From positions 128,060 through 192,059 of the forward strand of contig CANMMM010000006.1 in assembly GCA_947498935.1 (NCBI GenBank): a stretch of DNA of 64,000 nt, written 5' to 3'. Source of the stretch: an uncultured Aquimarina sp. Its GTDB lineage: Bacteria > Bacteroidota > Bacteroidia > Flavobacteriales > Flavobacteriaceae. The first letter of the stretch is position 1, and each line of letters begins with the position of its first letter. The position numbers and the translations under genes are program-made. Positions 20,344 to 29,383 of this stretch are shown here, piece after piece. Below the pieces are notes generated by a model. That model searched no databases, was not told the DNA's origin, and was given only the letters and a program-made list of their open reading frames with translations.

Positions 20344-20946
20344 TTATAGAACATGGATAGCAGGCGTTTTTTTCATACGATTGATCAGTGTATTGGTCGT
20401 CACCCTAGAAGTTCTTGTATAATCTGCTAATTCATTTTGGTTAAACGGATAATTCATCGTTTTAGTAGGCATCGTAGCAATCGCTACGCTCGATTTTTCC
20501 TGTAATTCGTGTAAGCTACTGACCAATCGCTTTTTAGAAGATCGATGATGTAGTGTCTTGATCCTTTTTTCGATCTCAGTATATTCTTGCTTTAATAGCA
20601 GTTGTAGTATCTGATGCGATCTGTGCATCTTTAACTTTAATAAATGAGACAATTCAAACTCAAAAAGAACTGTCTTTTTTACAGCAGTAAATGTAAAATT
20701 AGAACACGTACCCTGTACTAAAAAACTAGTGCCAAAAGTTTGGTTTTTGGTCAGTAATGCACCAATCATTTCATAGCCTTTCTCATTAAAACAAGAAGCC
20801 TTTACAAAACCCTCTCGGATTAAGTACACTTTCTTCACCAACTTATTTTTGTATACAATTACTTCCTTCTGCTGGTACGTTTTCTCCTTATAAGCGCCCG
20901 TTTCTATCCAGCTATCCAATATTTTATGTCTAACATCTGAATTCAT
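20344..20946 (-). CDS. Crp/Fnr-family transcriptional regulator
   Basis: 200 aa with a cNMP-binding-like N-terminal barrel (VYLIREGFVKA) and a C-terminal HTH (NELADYTRTSRVTTNTLINRM). Confidence 0.7.
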   Translation of the reverse strand: MNSDVRHKILDSWIETGAYKEKTYQQKEVIVYKNKLVKKVYLIREGFVKASCFNEKGYEMIGALLTKNQTFGTSFLVQGTCSNFTFTAVKKTVLFEFELSHLLKLKMHRSHQILQLLLKQEYTEIEKRIKTLHHRSSKKRLVSSLHELQEKSSVAIATMPTKTMNYPFNQNELADYTRTSRVTTNTLINRMKKTPAIHVL

Positions 20947-21196
20947 TGGTATACGATTAACAAAACATTATAATAACACCAACAATATATAGAATAATTG
21001 TCGCCAAAATGACGCCATTTGTACGGTAAACACGCATATTTTATATGTTTTATCTATAGTAGTTAGTAGTGTATTAGTAAAATTTCAAAAGATTTTGTGT
21101 TCGTTTTTTTATATGAATTGCTAGGGGGCGCCGCTACTTTAGATCCCTCAAACAACAATGTTCAATCACTTAATTAAACCCGTTTTATATAATAGA

Positions 21197-21290
21197 AAAT
21201 CTATTACGGCTTGAAACAGCTTCAAAACCTGATACCCCGCTATGTTTTTAAATATAACCATAGTGGTGCTATACTAACTATTTAGAAAAC
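21197..21290 (+). repeat. Third repeat family, copy A (~95 bp)
   Basis: aaaatctattacggcttgaaacagcttcaaaacctgata...tttttaaatataaccatagtggtgctatactaac aligns at roughly three-quarters identity with 34847-34940, in the same orientation. Confidence 0.7.
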
Positions 21291-21463
21291 ATCAGGTTGT
21301 ATTGCTTTTACAACCCTTATAACGAATTTTTATTATACAAAAAGGGTTAAAAACAACAACTCATGAAATCAGACAACACTCATGATTGTATCTGCCATCA
21401 AATTCGCAGACAATCACAGCATCCTCAACAACAGTATACAACCGTTACATTCATGCGAGCATT

Positions 21464-24400
21464 ATGATAGAAACCACCATCATACGAGATGCAACTGCTG
21501 AAGCAGCAGTGCATGAATTAGACAAGTTTTTACAGCCTCCAATTCGCGATCTCTCATTAGCAGATCAATATTTATTTCAGCGATTTGGACAAGGCCCCAT
21601 TACCAAGCTTCCTTTCTATTGTATTCATCATGCCTTTGAACAGCAAGCTAAGATGCATCCTAGAGCCATTGCAGCCTATCACCAAGGGGCTACGATTACC
21701 TATGCAGAATTGAATAGAAACGCACAATTCTTAGCCAAGCAGCTGATTGATGAAGGCGTACAAAAAGGAGACAATGTAGGACTATTTGTACAGCGTTCGA
21801 TTCCAATGCTTATTGGCATATTAGGGATCTTAAAGGCAGGAGCAGTCTATGTACCACAACACATAGGAGTGACCCCAGAAGAACAACTAAGTTATGTGAT
21901 AGACGCAGCATCGATCCAACATGTATTAACGATCAAAGCTTTTAAACATCTCGTTCCAGTAGTAACGACAGTCACTACTTTGGTCATTGATGAATTTACA
22001 GAAACCATCCCTGTAGATGCTATAGCACCTACATTACCTACAATTCCTATAACTGCACAAGATGGATGTTATATCATCTTTACCTCAGGAACTACAGGAA
22101 TGCCTAATGGAGTAGTCGTATCTCATGGTAATTTATGTAATGTAGTACTCACAGAACCTGGTAATCTAGGCATACGCCCAGGACTCAAAGTAGGACAGAT
22201 TCTCAGTATCAGTTTTGATATGTCTGTATGGGAAATCTTTGGTGCATTGGCTAATGGAGCTAGTCTGGTCATAAGAGGCAAGGATATCCAAGAAACTGTA
22301 AGTGAAGTCGATATCGTTATATCCACACCTACAATCTTAAGTACCTTAGATACCAATGCTTGTAAAAACGTAAAAGTAGTTGCCGTAGCAGGAGAACCAT
22401 GTCCTCGTATCTTAGCCGAAAAATGGGCAGAATTTAGTGCATTTTATAACTCATGTGGGCCTACAGAAACAACTATAGTTAATACCGCTCAGCGTTTTTT
22501 TCCTACCGATCAAGTAGTATCTATCGGAACTCCCATGCCCAATAATACTGTGTATATATTGGATGAGAATCGACAACCCTGTAAGATAGGAGAAGTAGGA
22601 GAAATGTGGGCAGGAGGCTATTGTGTGTCCAAGGGATATATCAATAATGCGACACTGACAGAAGAGCGCTATGCCGATGATCCTTTTTTAGGAGCAGGAT
22701 TCCGTATGTTTAGAACTCGAGATTTAGCGAGATGGACACCTAATGGAGGTTTAGAACATTTTGGTCGTACCGATGATCAAGTAAAAATTTTAGGATTTAG
22801 AGTAGAGTTAGACGCCATTTCTTCGATTGCCGAACAAATGCCTCAGACCAAACGAGCCGTAACCCTAAAAGTAGATCATAAAACCCTAGCGTTATTTATC
22901 AGTCCTGCAACAGCTACTACCACGATCGATATCGAAGCAATTAAAAAAAGGATAGAAGAGACCTTGCCCTATTACTACGTACCGAAGATCGTGATACCCA
23001 TCGCAGCATTGCCAATGACGCGTAGAGGGAAGATCGATAAGCGCAAATTAAAAGAAGTCATCGCACAAATCCCTCCTGAACCCCAAGAAACTATTCCAGA
23101 GAAACCACCAGAAAAAACTGTGGTAGCTACTAAAATGACTAAACATCAGGAAACACCACCACCAGATTTAGATACAGTGGTATTACCTACACAGAAACGC
23201 CCACTAGCTAGTATGTGGAAAGGAGAGAAACTGATGCACTATTACCGATTATTTGCCCTACTAGTATTGACCAATATGGGGATCCTGATCTATGGAAGTA
23301 CTACAGCCGATTGGTGGACAGTAACCAATGTCCCCATCGCTTTATTAGCCAAAATAGCCCTGATTAATTTTTCGATAGGCATTCTTATACGCCAGCAATA
23401 TGTGATCAATATGTTATTTGGCATAGCAACTAGTATTCCTGTAGATTGGCCATTATGGATGAGGCGAAGAGCAGGAAAGATCTATCATTTTGGCGGTATT
23501 CATATAGGAGGCACCGTTAGTGGTACGTTCTGGTATGTATTATTTACAGCCAGTATCTATTATCTTTATTTTGTAAACAATACCAGTAATGTACAGATCG
23601 ATACCCCTTTAGTATGGAGCACAAGTATGATTAGTGCACTTTGTATAGGGATGATCATCATGGCATTACCAAGTATTAGAGCTAAATATCATAACCAGTT
23701 CGAGCAGACACACCGTTTTGGAGGTTGGTTATCATTAGGATTACTCTGGTGGCAGTTGATACATTTACAACAGTTACATACACCCACACAACCATTGATA
23801 CACTCCACCAATTTTTGGTTATTAAGCCTAATTACGCTTAGTATTCTACTGCCTTGGTTACGTCTTAAAAAAGTAAAAGTAGACATCACCAAACCTTCTA
23901 ATCATGCGATTTTGGCTAGATTTAATTATGGAGTTACTCCATTTGCAGGTTCTTCTACCGCTATTAGTAGAAGCCCCTTATTAGAGTGGCACTCCTTTGC
24001 CAATGTACCCGAACCAGGGCGTGATGGTTTTAGACTTACCATCTCTAGAGCAGGAGACTGGACAGGAAAACTAATCGATGATATGCCGAGTCATGTGTGG
24101 GTTAAAGGGATTAGTACCGCAGGAGTAGGTAATATCGATCAGTTATTTAAAAAAGTAATTTGGGTAGCCACAGGAAGCGGTATTGGGCCTTGTCTACCGC
24201 ATTTATTGGCACAAGAAGTCCCCTCTAAACTTGTATGGGCTACACGCAACCCTAGAAAAACTTTTGGTGATGCACTAGTAGATGAAATCATGGAGGTACA
24301 GCCCGAAGCCCTCATATGGGATACCGATGCCTATGGAAAACCAGATATGGTAAAACTGGCTTACAAAGCCTATATGGATTTTGGAGCAGAGGCTATCATT

Positions 24401-24490
24401 TGTATTTCTAATAAAAAACTGACCTGGAAAGTAGTCTACGGTATGGAAAGCAGAGGGATTCCTGCCTATGGCGCCATCTGGGACTCATAA
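21464..24490 (+). CDS. NRPS-like adenylation domain fused to a multi-pass membrane region and an FNR-like NAD(P)-binding C-terminus; no carrier domain seen
   Basis: A-domain cores FTSGTTGMPNG, NSCGPTETT, GEMWAGGYCVSKGY, FRTRDLARW, GRTDDQVKILGFRVEL and PMTRRGKIDKRKL end at about 23050. A Pro-rich linker follows, then hydrophobic helices from about 23234 to 23870. The C-terminus carries VIWVATGSGIGPCLPHL. The ATG at 21464 is preferred over the TTG at 21386. Confidence 0.8.
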   Translation: MIETTIIRDATAEAAVHELDKFLQPPIRDLSLADQYLFQRFGQGPITKLPFYCIHHAFEQQAKMHPRAIAAYHQGATITYAELNRNAQFLAKQLIDEGVQKGDNVGLFVQRSIPMLIGILGILKAGAVYVPQHIGVTPEEQLSYVIDAASIQHVLTIKAFKHLVPVVTTVTTLVIDEFTETIPVDAIAPTLPTIPITAQDGCYIIFTSGTTGMPNGVVVSHGNLCNVVLTEPGNLGIRPGLKVGQILSISFDMSVWEIFGALANGASLVIRGKDIQETVSEVDIVISTPTILSTLDTNACKNVKVVAVAGEPCPRILAEKWAEFSAFYNSCGPTETTIVNTAQRFFPTDQVVSIGTPMPNNTVYILDENRQPCKIGEVGEMWAGGYCVSKGYINNATLTEERYADDPFLGAGFRMFRTRDLARWTPNGGLEHFGRTDDQVKILGFRVELDAISSIAEQMPQTKRAVTLKVDHKTLALFISPATATTTIDIEAIKKRIEETLPYYYVPKIVIPIAALPMTRRGKIDKRKLKEVIAQIPPEPQETIPEKPPEKTVVATKMTKHQETPPPDLDTVVLPTQKRPLASMWKGEKLMHYYRLFALLVLTNMGILIYGSTTADWWTVTNVPIALLAKIALINFSIGILIRQQYVINMLFGIATSIPVDWPLWMRRRAGKIYHFGGIHIGGTVSGTFWYVLFTASIYYLYFVNNTSNVQIDTPLVWSTSMISALCIGMIIMALPSIRAKYHNQFEQTHRFGGWLSLGLLWWQLIHLQQLHTPTQPLIHSTNFWLLSLITLSILLPWLRLKKVKVDITKPSNHAILARFNYGVTPFAGSSTAISRSPLLEWHSFANVPEPGRDGFRLTISRAGDWTGKLIDDMPSHVWVKGISTAGVGNIDQLFKKVIWVATGSGIGPCLPHLLAQEVPSKLVWATRNPRKTFGDALVDEIMEVQPEALIWDTDAYGKPDMVKLAYKAYMDFGAEAIICISNKKLTWKVVYGMESRGIPAYGAIWDS

Positions 24491-24594
24491 ACACGTTAAT
24501 TTTTCCAACTTATTTACGATCGATGTTATTATCACTATTTCCCTAGAAATAGCGATGTACTAACACACCTATATGTCTAACATTTAATAAGATT

Positions 24595-25371
24595 ATGAAA
24601 ATCACAATCACACAACATGAGCGTGTCTGTGTACTCACCTTACACAGGCCTGCACAGCTCAATGCTCTGAATACAGAGATGATGGAACAGCTAGTTACCA
24701 CCATGCAGCAACTCGAAAAAAAAGGAGAGGTAGGCTGTTTTGTCATCACAGGATCAGAAAAAGTCTTTGCAGCAGGAGCTGATATCAAAGAGATGGCACA
24801 GCATTCCTATGCATCCATGTATAGAGACGATTATTTTAGCGGCTGGGAATCATTTACAGCCATTCGAACCCCAAAAATTGCTGCAGTATCGGGGTATGCC
24901 CTTGGCGGTGGATGCGAATTAGCACTGATGTGCGATACTATTTATGCGACTACCACTGCACAATTCGGACAACCTGAGATCAAGCTAGGAGTTATTCCAG
25001 GTATCGGGGCAACACAGCGATTAACCAAGCGCATTGGCAAAGCCAAAGCAGCAGAAATGATCCTCACAGGTCGTATCATAGATGCGATCGAAGCGGAACA
25101 AATCGGATTAATTGCTAGAGTATTATCCAATAACAACTTTTTAGAACAGGTGCTTGCTATTGCTACAACCATCGCCTCCTACAGTCCGATGGCTACACAA
25201 CTAGGCATAGAATCAATGAATAGAGCACTAGAAGTAGGGTTACACGAGGGAATCTTATTTGAGCGTAGAATGTTTCATTCATTATTCGATACCCCAGATC
25301 AAAAAGAAGGAATGCAAGCCTTTATAGAAAAAAGAACACCAAATTTTACTACCCAAAAACAATGTATTTAA
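24595..25371 (+). CDS. Enoyl-CoA hydratase/isomerase (crotonase family)
   Basis: 258 aa. FAAGADIKEM, AAVSGYALGGGCELALMCD, EGMQAFIEKR. Confidence 0.9.
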   Translation: MKITITQHERVCVLTLHRPAQLNALNTEMMEQLVTTMQQLEKKGEVGCFVITGSEKVFAAGADIKEMAQHSYASMYRDDYFSGWESFTAIRTPKIAAVSGYALGGGCELALMCDTIYATTTAQFGQPEIKLGVIPGIGATQRLTKRIGKAKAAEMILTGRIIDAIEAEQIGLIARVLSNNNFLEQVLAIATTIASYSPMATQLGIESMNRALEVGLHEGILFERRMFHSLFDTPDQKEGMQAFIEKRTPNFTTQKQCI

Positions 25372-25391
25372 TCAATCAATTCGTACAACTC

Positions 25392-26126
25392 ATGAAAAAA
25401 ATCTTTATTATTAGTCTTATGATGAGCGTATGCTATGTTGCAAGCGCACAACAAGAACCTGTCAAGAAAAAAAAGGCCACATTGGCTGTAAAAATGATTC
25501 AGAACAGTGTCGCAGGATTTTCGCCGCTATTCTTAGGAAGTTTTGAAACCAATAAGAATTTTGACATCACTTTTTATAGTATGTTTTGGACCAATACTTC
25601 CTTTGGAAATTTAGAATCTGGAAGTGATCAGTTACTCGAAACAGGGATTGGTCTTGGGTTTAAACTACTAGACGGAAAACTGTATCTAAACCCAGGATTA
25701 GGACTGGGACATGGTAAATTTTTCTCGGATGTAGATGGTACTCGGATTGCAGAATCTCTGATTCCTAATACTTTTATAGCCTATCACGATCAGACTTTTG
25801 ATTTCGAAGGATATGCCGCCTATTATAAATCGATACGAGATAGTGGAAAATTATCCATCCGAGATTTATTTTTAGTATGGGCTGCTCCAGGAATTAATGT
25901 AGGTAAACGCTTTGTACTCGGTGCTTTTTTCGAAGAATTAGCATTTATGAATTTAGAAAATGACAATGTAAATATGAATATTCAGGTATATCGATTCCTT
26001 GGAGGGTCTATGAAACTTAAATTAGATAACGGAATGGCTTTTCGGTTTTCTGCTGGGGCTAATCTAGTAACTGATGTAGGTGCATCTGATGAGTTTTATA
26101 AAGTATCTGCTTTTATACCGCTCTAA
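25392..26126 (+). CDS. Hypothetical secreted or outer-membrane protein
   Basis: Start taken at MKKIFIISLMMSVCYVASAQ (signal peptide). The protein is rich in aromatic/Gly alternation, suggesting a beta-barrel. No family recognised. Confidence 0.5.
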   Translation: MKKIFIISLMMSVCYVASAQQEPVKKKKATLAVKMIQNSVAGFSPLFLGSFETNKNFDITFYSMFWTNTSFGNLESGSDQLLETGIGLGFKLLDGKLYLNPGLGLGHGKFFSDVDGTRIAESLIPNTFIAYHDQTFDFEGYAAYYKSIRDSGKLSIRDLFLVWAAPGINVGKRFVLGAFFEELAFMNLENDNVNMNIQVYRFLGGSMKLKLDNGMAFRFSAGANLVTDVGASDEFYKVSAFIPL

Positions 26127-26187
26127 AACTTATGAAATAATAACTTCTTAGACATTGAAGAGGTTTACTTTCTACAATTTATATAAA

Positions 26188-26226
26188 AGAGAACGCCTGT
26201 AAATAAAATAGTTACAGGCGTTCTTA
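26188..26226. terminator. Bidirectional hairpin terminator between convergent genes
   Basis: Perfect 12-bp stem gaacgcctgtaa / ttacaggcgttc with loop ataaaatag, located between the stops at 26126 (+) and 26246 (-). Confidence 0.65.
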
Positions 26227-26245
26227 TATATACTAGTAGCGGGGG

Positions 26246-26938
26246 CTAGTTGGTTTTTTCTTCTAATTTACTATTCAGTTTTTCTAATCTTTCTTCGTTC
26301 TTAGCTAGGCTGTTTTTTACTTTAGTAACCTTGTTTTGATGCTTGGATAGTTTTTCTTCGATTCGTGCTACTTTGGCTAATTTCTCAGTGTATTCAGCTT
26401 CTGTAATTTCACCAGCTGCTTTTTGGGCTGCCAATCGCTCTTTTGTTTTTTGGATTTTTTCAGCTCCTTTACTGCTTTTTTGCTCATAAAAGGCTAATTT
26501 TTCTTTTTTAGCTTCTATATTTTGCTGTAGTACATTAGACTTTTCGTTCTTAAACTCTTTGCGCTTGGTTTTTAGTGCTTCACGTTCTGTTTTATGCTCT
26601 TTTCGGAATGCTGCAAGTTTCGCTTTTACCTCTGGATTGGCTGCTAGATATGCCTTCTTTTCCTCGGGAGTCATCGACTTCATTTTGGTATAATGCTCAC
26701 CTAACGCAGCTTCTTTTTTGGCCTGAATATTTTTTCGAGCTTCTTTAATATCTTTTTTAGCTTCTTGCAACTCCTTTCTTTTGGATTTCATTTCTTGGTG
26801 TTGCTCTTTCATCTTAGCCTTTTGTTCTTTAGCAATTTCTTTGCGTTCTTTTAGCGCTTTATTGGCAGCTCCTTGCGCATAAGAAGTGCTTGTAATGGCT
26901 AGAAAACAGAGGGTAAGTATATAGTATTGTAATTTCAT
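26246..26938 (-). CDS. Secreted Lys/Glu-rich coiled-coil protein (hypothetical)
   Basis: MKLQYYILTLCFLAITSTSYAQ signal peptide, followed by about 200 aa of KE-rich heptad-like sequence. Confidence 0.5.
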   Translation of the reverse strand: MKLQYYILTLCFLAITSTSYAQGAANKALKERKEIAKEQKAKMKEQHQEMKSKRKELQEAKKDIKEARKNIQAKKEAALGEHYTKMKSMTPEEKKAYLAANPEVKAKLAAFRKEHKTEREALKTKRKEFKNEKSNVLQQNIEAKKEKLAFYEQKSSKGAEKIQKTKERLAAQKAAGEITEAEYTEKLAKVARIEEKLSKHQNKVTKVKNSLAKNEERLEKLNSKLEEKTN

Positions 26939-27056
26939 GTGCTGTATCATGTTTTAAGAGGTTGTATACGAACTACTATTCACTATGTTAGAAAGTTGTG
27001 TAATGAATAATTGTAGTTATTGTACAATATGTTGTTATATAAGGAGTAGGGTAGCT

Positions 27057-27284
27057 CTATAAGTTATCCAATTCATCAATCGCTTGATCGATTTCCTGTG
27101 CTTCTTTTTCTAACGTCTCAATATCTTCGCTAGCTGTTTCTTTTTGTATTTCTTCTACTGCTGTGTCTAAGACTTCTGCTGCTGTTTCTTTAGCAACTTC
27201 TTCTGTTTTTTCTGCTTTTTTATCTCCACACCCCACAAAGAAGAGGCCACTAGCGATAACGAGCATGCATAGTTGTTTTTTCAT
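27057..27284 (-). CDS. Small acidic lipoprotein (hypothetical)
   Basis: MKKQLCMLVIASGLFFVGC lipobox followed by a Glu-rich tail. 75 aa. Confidence 0.5.
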   Translation of the reverse strand: MKKQLCMLVIASGLFFVGCGDKKAEKTEEVAKETAAEVLDTAVEEIQKETASEDIETLEKEAQEIDQAIDELDNL

Positions 27285-27561
27285 AGTCCTTGAAAATTAT
27301 AAGTTATACAAACTAATATACTCATTTTTTACACGTAAATATCTCGTAAAGCCTTATTTTTAAACATCTTATGCTTAGTAAGTAACGATACCATGGGGAA
27401 ACTGTAATGATGAGTATAGTACTAGCATACAATCGAATGAAGAAAGCAGTATGCTAAAATAGTATGTACTGTATATTACTTATGGCAGTGAATACGAGTA
27501 ACTAGTATATAGAACAGAATATCTGTTTATAGTCTATATTTTTGTAGAATAGCATTTTTTT

Positions 27562-27652
27562 GCGTTAGGGATAGCAGTGGAAATCCCGCAGTACCGACCT
27601 TTAGGAGGGGCGAGGAATTGTAGCGGATAGCCCGACCCCTGTGGTAACGCCC
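27562..27652 (-). repeat. REP-like element, subtype B (copy R4, inverted)
   Basis: gcgttagggatagcagtggaaatcccgcag...gcgaggaattgtagcggatagcccgacccctgtggtaacgcc. It lies 22 nt downstream of the minus-strand stop at 27674, in sense orientation. Confidence 0.85.
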
Positions 27653-27673
27653 AACTTATGTAATCCTAGATAA

Positions 27674-28180
27674 TTATTGAAAGGTATAACGTGCACTCAC
27701 TCCAATATTAAAGTTGAGATCATCATTATTAAAACTATCAAAGAAAATCTCGGGCCTAAAGTCGATACTCACCATCAATGGAAAATCAAAGTGATATTCC
27801 ATTCCGATAGTACCAGACACAAAGCCAAAGGTTTCTGATTCATCTCTACCAGCTACGTTATCATTATAGTCTACCAATCCCAAGCCTAGACCTGGTCCTG
27901 TATACCAATATAATGCATTATCGATAGCAAAAAACCATTGATAGAAGCCTGAGAGCTTGACAGCATTAAAATTTGAACGCCCTCTTACCCCTAGGTTGGC
28001 TTCGATTCTGGTAGCTTCAGTAACCTTGTGTTGGTAGGAAGCTTCTGCCCAAAATCCACTTGCATCACTAAGTCTTAGTCCGATAGCATGCTTAGAAACA
28101 GTATCTTGCGCATTAGCAGTGTGAAAAAAAGGTATTATACAGATATAGCAGAGAGTCCATAATGGATGCTTCATAGTCAT
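27674..28180 (-). CDS. Outer-membrane beta-barrel protein (OmpW/porin-like small barrel)
   Basis: Signal peptide, alternating hydrophobic pattern and a C-terminal aromatic residue (ARYTFQ). 168 aa. Confidence 0.65.
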   Translation of the reverse strand: MTMKHPLWTLCYICIIPFFHTANAQDTVSKHAIGLRLSDASGFWAEASYQHKVTEATRIEANLGVRGRSNFNAVKLSGFYQWFFAIDNALYWYTGPGLGLGLVDYNDNVAGRDESETFGFVSGTIGMEYHFDFPLMVSIDFRPEIFFDSFNNDDLNFNIGVSARYTFQ

Positions 28181-28243
28181 AATTTTATACTATGTATAAC
28201 GCTTAGATCTATATTTTATGTGTGTATGTTGCTTAATGTTATG

Positions 28244-29065
28244 TTAATTACCTGATGGTTTATGGGGGTGCATATCTGTACTTTCGAAAATCTTATCAGC
28301 AGAATTGGTAATAAAGCCTGTAAATAATTTTCCGTTTTCTTGTGCATAACGATAGGCAAACTCATAATAGCAGGAGGTAATCTCATGGGTAGCTTCTTGG
28401 AAAGTAACCGCTACTTTATCTGCTAGAATACTGGATTGCTCTAGATACTGTGCGGGGCTTCCTTTGATCAATCCTCCAGCCGTATTCATCGCATAGCCAT
28501 TGGCTATTAGAAAATCATTGACAGCTTTGAGTGAATCGAATTGTGCTAACGCATTGACATTAACCGTAAAATGATTGGAACAAAATCCATTTACATACAA
28601 CCAAGCTGCATATTCGGATTCGGCTAGTAATTGCTGATACATAGCATAGGAGGGAGTGTCCCAAATACGCCCTTGTAGCACCAAATCTTTGGCAGCGAGC
28701 TTCGAGGAGGCTTGTGCTATTATTTCTTGTACAGTCTGCTGTAAATCAGTAGAAAATTGAGCAGTTAGTAATTGACTGATAAATATCTTGGGAGCTTGTG
28801 GATTGGTGGCATGCTCGTAATGCTTAGCATCTAGTTTTTTTGCCTGAAAATGATAACTCCCTTTTTCTTCATACCCCATAGCGATAAAGGGTTGTGCCAT
28901 GATAGAAATATCAGTACTAGGATGATCAAATGTACGAATGGCTATATGATCATTCAGCACAGTATTACCATGGGTTTCAAAAAGTGATTTGATCTTAGAT
29001 GCCGAAGGAGTTTTATCTGTGTATTGCTGCCAGAGTGCCTCAAAAAATGGTGTGTGTTGTGTCAT
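28244..29065 (-). CDS. DUF1338-family protein (HglS-like 2-oxoadipate dioxygenase/decarboxylase family)
   Basis: 273 aa. The N-terminal ...VLNDHIAIRTFDHP... and overall layout are typical of DUF1338. Confidence 0.75.
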   Translation of the reverse strand: MTQHTPFFEALWQQYTDKTPSASKIKSLFETHGNTVLNDHIAIRTFDHPSTDISIMAQPFIAMGYEEKGSYHFQAKKLDAKHYEHATNPQAPKIFISQLLTAQFSTDLQQTVQEIIAQASSKLAAKDLVLQGRIWDTPSYAMYQQLLAESEYAAWLYVNGFCSNHFTVNVNALAQFDSLKAVNDFLIANGYAMNTAGGLIKGSPAQYLEQSSILADKVAVTFQEATHEITSCYYEFAYRYAQENGKLFTGFITNSADKIFESTDMHPHKPSGN

Positions 29066-29088
29066 AAGTTATTTATTTTATAGCCCAG

Positions 29089-29237
29089 AAGTGCTGTATA
29101 CTTTTGTAATCTGTCTTAAAAACGATTTTTTGTATCCAATTTTTGTCATTTATAATGCTATGATGCCTCAAAAAATACTGTATTTGGTCACAAAATCTCA
29201 CGATGTTCTATCAGATCAAAAAAAGTACATACCACTT
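29089..29237. repeat. MITE-like repeat, diverged complete copy
   Basis: gaagtgctgtatacttttgtaatctgtcttaaaaacgattttttg...actgtatttggtcacaaaatctcacg...gatcaaaaaaagtacataccactt. Confidence 0.75.
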
Positions 29238-29383
29238 TGTAGCGTTTACTGTATATGTAGTAGTACTATCGTATAGATACATTACATATAGTGTGTTTAA
29301 AAAGTGAGTTCTTCTACAAAAATATTATTTTTGACAGCTCGACCGCTTTTTTTAAGCTAAGATTTAGATAAATATTCCAACAG

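Noticed and set aside
21386-21463. TTG start at 21386 for the NRPS-like gene, and other TTG/GTG starts chosen by the ORF track (10483, 37342, 43888, 25362, 34697, 52179).
   Set aside because: In each case an in-frame ATG slightly downstream gives an N-terminus that fits the protein family or a signal peptide. In two cases the extension runs into a terminator or a repeat.
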